Part shown: positions 21,601 to 27,727 of the stretch, piece by piece | Position numbering within the stretch: position 1 is the stretch's first letter | How the letters are laid out: each line of letters starts with the position of its first letter | Assembly (NCBI GenBank): GCA_963693095.2 | Contig: OY843768.1 | Location: 1,536,001-1,600,000 of the forward strand | From: Cenarchaeum sp. | Lineage (GTDB): Archaea; Thermoproteota; Nitrososphaeria; Nitrososphaerales; Nitrosopumilaceae | Direction: 5' to 3' | Length of the DNA stretch: 64,000 nucleotides | Notes under the pieces: model-generated | Database searches by the model: none | The model's input: the letters and a program-made list of their open reading frames with translations, nothing else | What the model was told of the DNA's origin: nothing | Translations under genes and position numbers: made by a program

Positions 21601-24600
21601 ATACTGGGCCTCCACCGCCGAGTTTGCGAGTGGCTCGCTAAAGTGTATCCTGATGGTCGACGCGCTTCCAAACGTGACGCGAACGAGCTTTGGCACGACA
21701 CCGTCAGTGGCGGTGATCGCAGGTGACGTGGCCATGAGGTGGCCGGCGTCACCGAGGAGGAGCGCGGTGCCGTCGTACGCCACAGTCGGAGTCGACGCCG
21801 TCGACCGGAGGCGCTCGTGCGTCAGCGTTGCGGACATGCCGTCGGCGGCGAGCGCGAATCCCGTGACGCGCCTAGTGTCGTCAGTTGTGCTGACGCTGTC
21901 GGGATCCGTCATGGTCCACCCCGTGATCCCCACTGTTCCGCGCACTGCCGCGCTGAACGTGACAGTCGTCGTCGTCAGCGACGACGTTTCCGCGCCGGTG
22001 ACAGTTGGCGCCGGTTCATACGTGGCAGTTTGCGAGCTGGCCGACGCGGCGTTGTCTGCCCTGTCGAGGAACGAGTTGGAAGGTATTGCGACTGTGTGCA
22101 CGACTCCCGCACTAGCCGACGATGCGAGGTTGATCCGAATGGCCGACGAGCCGACAGTGTGTGACGTGGACGGCGACGTTGCCGTGCCGCCTGCCGGAGT
22201 CACCGAGATCGTCGAAGGCGCCGCATAGATCTGCTCACTGAACCGGATTATGAGCGTGTCGGCGTCCTCAAAGGCCGTTTCAAGGTGCGCCGGTGCCGTC
22301 GTGTCCACCGTCGCGCCGCCAGACGTGATGTCATCTTCTGAGGCCGTACTTGTGGCCTGCGCGTTCTTTGTGGTCAGCGTGAACGTGACGGGACCCTCGG
22401 TGCTGCTAGCATCCACCATATGATCTGATGTCCATTGCGTGCGCGCAGGCGGCGCAGGTGAGCCGACGGTCACCTCGGCCATGTTAGAGGCCGATCCGCC
22501 AAGAATGGCAATTGTGGGCACGTTGGCCGCACCAGCCGGAGCCGCAGTGGCAAGTGTCGCAGTGACGCGTATGAGATCACCGACCCTCGCAAGCTCGGCA
22601 CGGCTGCCCATGCGCACAGTTGGATTGACAACAGAGTCATCGGTGTCATCGCGCAGGACCGTCACCTCCAGCGAGGCGAGCGCCGGTGCGCTCTGCGAGT
22701 ATCTTGCGGTGATCTGTGCGCCAGGCTCCACGGCGTTTGCCGACGTTGATCTGTCGCGAACGACGTTGGTCGTATCAGGTGTCGCGGGGGCAGGAACCGT
22801 GAACGCGTATCCCAGGTTCAGCTGTGCACCTGTGACAGTCAGGGCCACCACGTGGGGCGCCGGGCCCTCTGCGGCAGACGTTATGGAAAGACTCCCCGTT
22901 GTGGTCCAGCCCGATGACGGTGTCGTGACGGGCTCGCTGAACGTCACGTGAACCGTCGTCGCGCTGAGGAACTCTGCCTGCAGAATCGACGGCGCTATTC
23001 TGTCAGCGATGGTCGCCGGGCTCGCAGGCGCGGTGGCGGCAACTGTAAAGGAGAACGCGTCAGTTATGCGTGTGCCCGAGTAGGCCAGCGTGGCCGTGGG
23101 GTTCGCCGAGGAGAGGCTCTCGTGCGCAACTGTGAACACGCGTGTCGCACCAGTCGCGGCGATCGTCACCGGAGCACCAGGCGTGGCCGTGACTGTCATG
23201 CCGTTGGCGTCGATATAGGACATTGCCGTGATGGCCCGTGAAACGGCCCGCATGGGACCGGCCGCGCCGTCAGGATCGTCGCGGATCGCCCAGTCTGACG
23301 TGTCGAGCGTGCCGTGAACCGGCTCGGAGAACTCGATCGCCGTTGTTCCCAGGGACGTTGCGCCCGCCGTGAACGTGGGTCGTGTCGTGTCCATCGTCGC
23401 CATCTCGACGTCGGCCTCATGTGCGAGTCCCGCACTGTCCGTTATCGTGCTGGCCAGGCGCAGGCTGTACACCCCGTCAGCGACTGGCGAGGCCAACGAC
23501 AGCGTGATCACCGTTGAGGCAGTCTGTGGGTTCGCCGCACTCACGGTTCCCGCAGGCTGCGTGTTCTCCGAGTTGTACAGGGCGAACGCCGCAAGGCGCT
23601 CGGCAGGATCCGACGGCAGGCTGACTGCCTCGCTGAACGCAACGGTGATCGTCGAGGCGTCAGTGAACGAGATCGACGTGGCGCGCGGGCGGATCCCGTC
23701 GGTGGCTGCCATCTCGTCGTCATCGGCCAGCACGTTGCCGTCAGCTGCCGAGACCAGGCGGCCGGCTGCATCCCCGCGCGTGTACGAGGCCAGCGGCGTT
23801 GTTCCCGTGTCCGGAAGGTTTGCGTGCGAGAGGACCACCGTTGAGCCAGAGACGGCCGCGCCGGTCACCATCTGCATTGTCGAGACCCCGTTGACGCTCC
23901 AAGAGACGCCCCAGTGGCCCGCAATCTCGCCTGCAGTCGGTGAGCCCTGCACTGCGGCGGCCTCAGACAGCGTAACTACAGTCTCGTGCGTGTATGTCCC
24001 GTCGCCATTGTCAGTCTCCCTCGTGGCCACCGAGACGATTTCCGGACCGGCACCGTCGGCCAGGGGCGCACTAGCCACCGACGCGAGCGGCTTTGAGGCA
24101 GTGTCGAGTATTCGACCGGCAACGTTTGTGCCGGGATCCGTGTACGCAAGCGTCGCGCCCACTGCTGCAGTGGGCAGCGAGTCGGCCGCGAATGTCAGCG
24201 TGAGGATCAGGTCATCAACGCTGGCGTCAATTGGCGTGTGGGCCACGCCACCGATGGTAGCCCTCCACGGGGCTCCGCGCTGGGCTGCGGTGGGTTCCCC
24301 GCCAAAGACGACATCCTCGCTCATCGTCACCTCGATCACGCTAGCCGACGTCGTCCTGGCCGACGAGATCATCGGCGATATGGTGTCATGAAAGAACCGT
24401 GCAGTCGGCGAGGCGTTTGACCCCATGTCGGTAAACCCTGCCGGCGGTCTGATCGTGTACTCGACACCCTCGGCGAGCCCCGTGACATCCAGGGTCACTA
24501 TAGAGTCCGTGGAGCCATACATTACGGATGTAAACTCTGGAGAGCCCCTAGAGCCGGTGATCGACCAGCCCACAAATGATGCAGTCATTGGCTCGCTGAA

Positions 24601-27600
24601 TTGCAAAAGTATGCGCGTTGGGGTGGTAAACGTGACAAGCAAGACCGTCGGCGCCACGCCGTCGGCGGCCTCGGGATGCGGGACAGATGTGGAGAGCAGT
24701 GGGACGTCCGCATCAGACGCAAAGGCTGACGCGTCGGCTCCCGTGCTGAGGCGCGCCTCGCGCGAGCTCGAGTGCCTGACCTCGGGCACCGAGGCCGGAG
24801 AGGAGAGGGCCTCGTGGACTAGCGTGAGGCGCGGCGGGGACGGCGCGATGATGCTTGTGTGCGTGTAGGAGGCCACCGGTTCGGCGGTGCCTGCCCCGAC
24901 TCCCGTGACGGCCCTCGTGACGTCGGCTCCGTCAACGCGCTCGACGAGGGACCATTCGGACGCCAGCGTCGAGCCGCCCCAGAGCGCCAGGGATCCGCCG
25001 AGGTCGACTGTCGTGCGCGTCGAGGAGACGGTTCGCGCGGTAGAGACGTACATCCCGTCCTCGTACGTCGCCGTCGTGGCCGCCGGCGGTACGGCAAACG
25101 GGTTGCCGGCGGCGTCCCTCACGTCGCGGAGCTCGAGATCGTATTCGTCGCCGTCAGATGCGCTCGGCACGGTGACGGCGATGGCCCTCGAGTGGGCTGA
25201 CTGCGCGGCCGGTGCGTCAGCCGCACGCGCGCTCTCCCCAGGCGGCGTCACGCTGGCCGTGGGCAGGACAGAGACCGGCTCGGAGAACCCCACGAGGACC
25301 GTCGTCGGGCCGGCAAAACGCGCCCCCGTGAGGGTCGGCGCGATGCCGTCGTGGACCGGCACGGGACCGGCCGATGCCATCGGCTCGCCGGCGATAGTCA
25401 CGCCGCCGGAGCGCGGTGCCGAGTACGACAGGGTCGAGGACGGCGCGAGGCCGTCAAGGATGGCCGAGGCGGGCAGGTGGAGCGTGATTGCGCCGGAGGC
25501 CGGCACGGTGACAGAGCCGGCCGCAGGTGCCGTTCCGGGAACCGAGACGGACGCAGGCGCGCCGCCGCCGACGGACCAGTCGGCCGCCGACGTCGTCCCG
25601 CCGGCGGTGCCGCCGTGCAGCGAGACCTCGACTGTGCCGGGGGCCGTCGCGCGCGCGGTGAATGGCAGGCCCGAGACGGTCTGCGCCTCGAGGAGCAGGC
25701 CGCTGGAGCCCAGGCGGCCGTCGAGCTTGCCAAAGCCGGCCGGAGCGGGCGGGACGTACTCGACGGTCAGCGCCGAGGACGACGAGACCGGCGCGTGGGA
25801 GAGCGCGATGTGGTCGGCGACGACGACGGCGACGTCTGCCAGGCCGCCGGCCGTCGCGTCGGGCGCCGGCGTGGTGCGGCCTGATGAGACGCCGACGGCT
25901 CGGACCCTGGGCTCGCCTGCCCCCTCGCCGGAGACGAACCAGTGGCCCGCCCTGGTGGTGCCCGAGACCGGCTCGCTCAGGACCACGACTGTCCTGGACC
26001 GCCCCTCGCGCTCGACGGAGGCGATGGCCGGCTTTACCGAGACGTTGCCCTCCGAGTCGGCCAGGCCGACCAGCTCGACGTGGTCCGTCGCGGCCAGCGG
26101 CGGCGTGGCCGTGAGCGAGAACGCGTAGGAGAATGACCCCGGAGTCGAGATGCGCGAGGTGCCGGACACGGCGACGGGCTCCCTGGCGCCGCCGACCGGC
26201 GTGCGCCAGACATCCACGCCTTCGAGTATGCCGGGGCCGTCCGCCACGGCCGGCTCATCGGCGAGGATCAGCGTGTTCGGGCCGGTTTCCCTCGGGAAAT
26301 CCGACACGGCCGGCGGCAGGCCGTCGGTGACTGCTAGCGTGGGCGGGACGGCTATGTTCCTGGAGAGCGGCGCGTTCGTGCCCAAGACTGCGTCGTTGGC
26401 GCGCAGTATGCCCGAGGACGCCGAGTTCGAGACCCAGGTGACCTCAAACCTGCCCGATGTGGACCACACGTCAAAAGGCGCCGTCGGGAAGCCCGTGTGC
26501 CCAACCGGCTCGATCGTGAGCGAGTCAGAGCCGGGGCCGACCGAGATGCCCATGGCGGTACGCGAGATGCACGCGTTGGGCAGCGAGCAGTCCTGGCCAA
26601 ACGTGGTGCGCGTGGCTCGTGCCTGGGCGTCCGGAGTGGTGCGCAGCGCGATGTCCTCACTAAAGGAGACGACGATGCGGTCCGCTGTTATGCCGAGTGC
26701 ACTAGTTGCCGCCGTGTACGCCGTGATCTCTACGTGGTCGTTCCGGTCCGCGAGGTACGCGCACCCCTTGTAGGAGTCCTGTGTGCCGGGAACGGACGGC
26801 GAGGAGTCTGGGTCGTATATCGCGTGGAGGCGCGAGGCCGTCGATGATAGCGCGTCGTGCACGATGACGACACCGGAGCCAGAACGCACGGAGACGACGC
26901 CGAGGAGATCCCTCGGCGTTCCGGCGCCGGCCACCCTCTCGCACGACCCGTCCACGTCGCCGGCCGCCCCCTCGATGAGCTCCCACTCCGAGGTGTCCTG
27001 CGTCGGCGCAGTAGTCGCACGGTCCCCAAAGTTCGGCTCAAAGTTGACCACCGAGATCTGCGCCGTGCCGGCTGCAAGGCCGGCTAGCGCGCCGGATATG
27101 GAGGAGAGCGAGGCAAACTCGGCGTCGCTCTCCAGGACCGACACGGAGGCGCGCGCGAGGGAGGCCTCGGCGGTGCCGACCCACGAGTTGTGGGCAACAT
27201 AGCCGACGTCGCCGGACGTGCGTATCGTGACGGCAGCTCCGTCCGTGGTCTGTGCATACGCCACAGGACTCGCTGCCAGAATCGGGTTCTCCTCCAGATA
27301 ATCCAGAATATCGGCAAATAGCTGATCCGCAGGGGAGTCAGGATCAACTGGCGGGGATTCCATAGAGACTGTTGCCTTGCCGATGGCTGCGTTGCCCGGC
27401 ACCCCCTCCCACGCGTACCACAAGCTGACTGGAAACGGCACGCCTGCTGTGATGGTCTCTGGCGTCTCGCTGTGGGTTCCCATTGGCCACTGGCACTCAA
27501 GGTCGCATGGTATTTCCGGAGGCGTCGCGTGGGCCATCGTAGCCGAGCCGGACACGGCCAGCACGGCGGCCACAATGAGCGCGAGCGCCAGTGTTCTGAC

Positions 27601-27606
27601 CCCCAT
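9610..27606 (-). CDS. Giant (~5998 aa) secreted surface protein with many Ig-like (Big/SwmB-type) repeats
   Basis: Signal peptide MGVRTLALALIVAAVLAVSGSATMAHA and TTATATA ~25 nt upstream. Dozens of D..AP...(V/I).FSE beta-sandwich repeats; Thr/Ala/Asp-rich and Lys-poor. C-terminal DCTPPTLG domain. Confidence 0.88.
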   Translation of the reverse strand: MGVRTLALALIVAAVLAVSGSATMAHATPPEIPCDLECQWPMGTHSETPETITAGVPFPVSLWYAWEGVPGNAAIGKATVSMESPPVDPDSPADQLFADILDYLEENPILAASPVAYAQTTDGAAVTIRTSGDVGYVAHNSWVGTAEASLARASVSVLESDAEFASLSSISGALAGLAAGTAQISVVNFEPNFGDRATTAPTQDTSEWELIEGAAGDVDGSCERVAGAGTPRDLLGVVSVRSGSGVVIVHDALSSTASRLHAIYDPDSSPSVPGTQDSYKGCAYLADRNDHVEITAYTAATSALGITADRIVVSFSEDIALRTTPDAQARATRTTFGQDCSLPNACISRTAMGISVGPGSDSLTIEPVGHTGFPTAPFDVWSTSGRFEVTWVSNSASSGILRANDAVLGTNAPLSRNIAVPPTLAVTDGLPPAVSDFPRETGPNTLILADEPAVADGPGILEGVDVWRTPVGGAREPVAVSGTSRISTPGSFSYAFSLTATPPLAATDHVELVGLADSEGNVSVKPAIASVEREGRSRTVVVLSEPVSGTTRAGHWFVSGEGAGEPRVRAVGVSSGRTTPAPDATAGGLADVAVVVADHIALSHAPVSSSSALTVEYVPPAPAGFGKLDGRLGSSGLLLEAQTVSGLPFTARATAPGTVEVSLHGGTAGGTTSAADWSVGGGAPASVSVPGTAPAAGSVTVPASGAITLHLPASAILDGLAPSSTLSYSAPRSGGVTIAGEPMASAGPVPVHDGIAPTLTGARFAGPTTVLVGFSEPVSVLPTASVTPPGESARAADAPAAQSAHSRAIAVTVPSASDGDEYDLELRDVRDAAGNPFAVPPAATTATYEDGMYVSTARTVSSTRTTVDLGGSLALWGGSTLASEWSLVERVDGADVTRAVTGVGAGTAEPVASYTHTSIIAPSPPRLTLVHEALSSPASVPEVRHSSSREARLSTGADASAFASDADVPLLSTSVPHPEAADGVAPTVLLVTFTTPTRILLQFSEPMTASFVGWSITGSRGSPEFTSVMYGSTDSIVTLDVTGLAEGVEYTIRPPAGFTDMGSNASPTARFFHDTISPMISSARTTSASVIEVTMSEDVVFGGEPTAAQRGAPWRATIGGVAHTPIDASVDDLILTLTFAADSLPTAAVGATLAYTDPGTNVAGRILDTASKPLASVASAPLADGAGPEIVSVATRETDNGDGTYTHETVVTLSEAAAVQGSPTAGEIAGHWGVSWSVNGVSTMQMVTGAAVSGSTVVLSHANLPDTGTTPLASYTRGDAAGRLVSAADGNVLADDDEMAATDGIRPRATSISFTDASTITVAFSEAVSLPSDPAERLAAFALYNSENTQPAGTVSAANPQTASTVITLSLASPVADGVYSLRLASTITDSAGLAHEADVEMATMDTTRPTFTAGATSLGTTAIEFSEPVHGTLDTSDWAIRDDPDGAAGPMRAVSRAITAMSYIDANGMTVTATPGAPVTIAATGATRVFTVAHESLSSANPTATLAYSGTRITDAFSFTVAATAPASPATIADRIAPSILQAEFLSATTVHVTFSEPVTTPSSGWTTTGSLSITSAAEGPAPHVVALTVTGAQLNLGYAFTVPAPATPDTTNVVRDRSTSANAVEPGAQITARYSQSAPALASLEVTVLRDDTDDSVVNPTVRMGSRAELARVGDLIRVTATLATAAPAGAANVPTIAILGGSASNMAEVTVGSPAPPARTQWTSDHMVDASSTEGPVTFTLTTKNAQATSTASEDDITSGGATVDTTAPAHLETAFEDADTLIIRFSEQIYAAPSTISVTPAGGTATSPSTSHTVGSSAIRINLASSASAGVVHTVAIPSNSFLDRADNAASASSQTATYEPAPTVTGAETSSLTTTTVTFSAAVRGTVGITGWTMTDPDSVSTTDDTRRVTGFALAADGMSATLTHERLRSTASTPTVAYDGTALLLGDAGHLMATSPAITATDGVVPKLVRVTFGSASTIRIHFSEPLANSAVEAQYSVSIPSAYRSGTVTLFDPYTTVVRSFTAEMEIVEGTVATVVVPSVAARTGTQSSVAVTVTATYDASPPAVLSTGGFYVSAPDEFTLVFDEAMAYDALGETISVTPAGGTATVAQVRHNADNPAAFTLSVDAVESGTAHSVVLGAGIMDANGAATTASQTVTAPAVTIDRTAPFGVLTTPLTIAGPVRQLAFPDASPISELSLDDDVTLRSPSGETIPVSERARSAASVDFAYNSGESATGEYRITLDPEAAGTLGSYVAYPFTRAFEHGRPVFTAYIASPTQVIVKFSEPLALRPGVSALSGDNWWIDETPSTLVPVVEPNASAVDAETLDAHPLRLNGASPDLSPDGRILTLTLPEGSALPADADGLLVRYAVDFTDYASGDRLADFLELIRSGSSDSMTSAILGSNTGAYADADLPADSTVPTLTVSARVLWDDPTDGVTDKVERTGANALTAGIGSDIVITATLSEAAGYGDNAPTLGFFGDTPTLMRWVSGGYREAWSATHTVTATDPTTLAFALSAADGGANEVTASAADLAQAVTFDLTVPPSPSASLSVVNNEITIDFGDPVYGVPPTMALSKSGATATPSVAVTHVDGDSTATMTIPSTLAFVTGDIYTITIPPDTIHDVGGNTVAGGPIMAANRIPFTIRTSGDVGYVAHNSWAGTAEASLARASVSVLESDAEFASLSSISGALAGLAAGTAQISVVNFEPNFGDRATTTPTQDTSEWELIEGAASDVDGSCERVAGAGTPRALLGVVSVRSGAGVVIVHDALSSTASRLHAIYDPDSSPSVPNTQDSYKGCAYLADRNDHVEITAYTATTSAFGIRADRIVVSFGEDIALRTTPAAQAGHTRTTFGQDCSVPNACISYTARGISVGPGSDSLTIEPTGHVGFPTATYDVWSALGRFEVTWVSTAASSGILRANDAVLGTNAPLSRNIAVPPTLAVTDGMPPAMSEAPRETGPNTLFLTEDPAVADGPGILDGVEVWRTPVGGAREPVAASGTSRASTPGSFSYAFSLTATPPLAATDHVELVGLADPVGNVSVKPAIASVEREGRSRTVVVLSEPVSGTTRAGHWFVSGEGTGEPRARAVGVAAGRAAPAPDATAGGLADVAVVVAYRVTLSHAPVSSSSALTVEYVPPAPAGFAKLDGRLGSAGLLLEAQTVSDLPFTARATAPGTVEVTLHGGAAGGTTSAADWSVGGGAPASVSVPGTAPAAGSVTVPASGAITLHLPPSALLEDSTPSSTLSYSAPSSGGVTIAGEPMASAGPVPVHDGIAPALTGARFAGPTTVLVGFSEPVSVLPTASVTPPGERASAADAAAAQSAHSRAIAVTVPSASDGDEYNVELRDVRDAAGNPFAVPPAATTATYEDGMYVSTARTVSSTRTTVDLGGSLALWSGSTLASEWSLVERVDGADVTRAVTGVGAGTTEPVASYTHTSVAAPSPPRLTLVHEALSSPASVPEVRHSSSREARLSTGADASAFASDTDVPLLSTSVPHPEAADGAPPTIVSAEFTAANMIAIMFSEALGGTRASIEGLTYAVSAPDGTVTPDDADGDADMIPLAAPDPSASPPVRPVSYDAASQTITLTLASAVPIGLIHTVTLPATLADEGGTAIVDLTEEVVYGSLPTTSFTFTVLDSVSQTSKSGAHANMAGIGDTIRVDLDLDIDVMTPPRITLAGRDTTSVPMGNAGDSDDSTWRHDHGVDSSHASTSAESPLEISILVTDNDGVPYDMTPTTNPAQGTTVTLPEIDTVRPTAMSLTVAVMLAGQAVDAAAGTVAAISDDLLVRLTASETLVTDAADIVFFGRTGVNADMVTDGGSNLHTYDRTILDTDTSGTLTFSLTMRDTAGNTATLTQDNLTGTNVAVDADAPTVTAMSHSDTMRTITLTFSEGLLATTAVAANFEVRGFTAPSTRSAVLDLDSDHGTDGVLYTAGASASEPSTLAIRLDEDDSYGVYKVVISPLVTDTNTNAYVPRLNPDDNPATDDSDITVQKTDMTAPRATELSVIVHDGTPGSNTAKTGLYDDFAGIDDTVRVDVTLNEDAVGTPTIDIAGATGISMADRGDDDATTWRYDLVVSSTTTETTSLDFTINVTDGTTSGTITAMTGHMGTLMVSRPTVDRTAPTATVTTSVRLEDASSDSSTVTTAGIDDEVRVTLTASEALDARVADIALFGLTGASTVNADSVEGVGANAYAYVRTIASGDVGGEIEFSVTFRDRAGNAGASALTHGDAAARVAVDATTPTIVSAETASTTTLTVTLSEDVTGTGTWSAESGSTTAVISSADVSGDTVTLTYGTIDDTSFAPTVRYTGTGIVDAGRNALQSGSSTPTADGVAPTATAAFTGQTITITFSEPVNGVTPTLTLTQPNGETIAPTFFHDDGDITASATLDGALPMGAWRVAIPASVEDVNENPLDAASRDISVGFSVAPTTISYTVFEQDGSTARQGALAAYARADDQIRLSVTLDGGVSMAPTVLFVGDTAPSDTVTMTQVGSTDEWRATYTVETAAAAPDIDGRFTFAMSVTGAVSGVSGTITDRSLSTVPPTIDHIVPTISAQTSGLREISVTFSDPVSGATVASEWRIGGTLATGISSGGPAQAGELSLTNGETLTLHLSEAGALADGSVRPAVVFTARATGGLADVAGNPVADTSVAAVDRIPPRLESMEFDGSRTIIVTLSEPIDGDTLGTIPPNSLSPRLGAIGHDYTQGSTSLMLGTVERARAGATHSLTLPASVTDVANPDGVARNAISRDSVSATLLNVLPLTFTARTYNASHVIVTFSEPVQGTTAASEWTLDVPSSDLVTPDGAGRAVNAVADEPHPMSAQRLDDTILASSEFTTPFYVGHKDPSVNPFPVWGPGATPVVTFTEPSDGLTNVVAADETSVALPTRSVTAGDGIAPTVLSALFVTQGRIHVIFDEDVSFESTGWSVSGLDVTDVTRGSGDTVVLDVNPPAVAGVAHTVEIARSSVRDGGSNELEADARITGVEYRDTITFAAKTQRDSSGTHIMVVFGDDVRGTTVASEWTIGVGVDGSGGAQADAILVRCTSGGSLMAAASVNVADICSGEDPEPRTFYLEYDAPDSGATPRVAYAAPTAQGATPIVSGFNGLPISSRAVLASDGLAPLFAAVATATSRTLEVTFDEDVMAADGEPDASRWHHYDSAGMIPTQAELDAAVAAGTSFASAELDGRTLTLTLPGSYAPVTGWGSGDTAAVPTTIGYSVPAGESPDILDVSSAANGLAGGIATRDVADAAPPEADTLTVIVVEDPDSDGTFTPKSGTGMRTASIGDAISATITLSEPSSSSSPPTFGALGEVQEMTLSNSDTTATGAIAVPPTWARDGPLEFSIVLTDATVAANTATLTQADLAGEPIDVDVNEPTIESVLRVSSTSLQFVFSEEVTGTGTVSASADSSPDPATDPSAPLLIRPSPTGRIAVAALALAGSHTFTLGAGITDVAGNAIAAQEVAIDDDGEFESPALSAPASGALPLSFRAPGERPAPITLLTDDLVADASGTFGADLTATVGGVSLTIRSGTILRDLGPTDAGATAGTLVARLTERAASTVYVGAIVAADADATDYNELVAAAINSREPHTLVVLGKEDASTPVLLSRPAAIRIDGVSRSSHIFYIDGAELRDVHGMRTCAEAGHGDADATTAPTLADATSAALADECYVRDDADVVIWTNHLTLFGASLQGLVNRVSGCSDCTPPTLGVDGTGTRRVSGGFEYNGDVTDAEYYHTPLPLITVETGQENVAILKVFEDTGPRNVRHVGLGFGLERGQHFAESRAEIHVDMPYGGGHTVRLDDPDNAIDADTLDVHVDTVKCMAGSDADCRLVMIRHTFRTPLEFSVVSTIVWDDRRNAWQNTFNHGVHVTGESLNARHGIPVNDGNLVLYPLISGHVDGDGDGIYDYDVRHVTYMLDSDYRVYRLAVDGTYQPLRNLASLLHELDEPLYWGTEYLPHGPARGTELFEGILEEERKIAADRLVEVDLLNLLRSAADKQSQ
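17091..19664. repeat. 2574-bp internal duplication, copy B
   Basis: Near-identical to 24657-27230 with the same 7566-bp offset at both ends. Confidence 0.92.
24657..27230. repeat. 2574-bp internal duplication, copy A
   Basis: Encodes TIRTSGDVGYVAHNSW...PHPEAADG, repeated 2522 codons later. Confidence 0.92.
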
Positions 27607-27727
27607 TACGGCACGAAACGTCGAGGCCTTATATAATAAGAGATCTCTATCAGGGGGCCGTTTCATAACCGGCGGCCATGCGCGTGGCATATACACCCTG
27701 CCCATGTTGACCCTCCACACCTGTGAC

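Noticed and set aside
17091-27230. Diversity-generating retroelement TR/VR pair
   Set aside because: Repeat is far too long, both copies are in frame, differences are not obviously adenine-specific, and no reverse transcriptase is in the window
9877-27575. Many long plus-strand ORFs (e.g. 13505-15388, 627 aa)
   Set aside because: Antisense shadows of the GC-rich giant gene: no motifs or promoters, and they mirror its repeats
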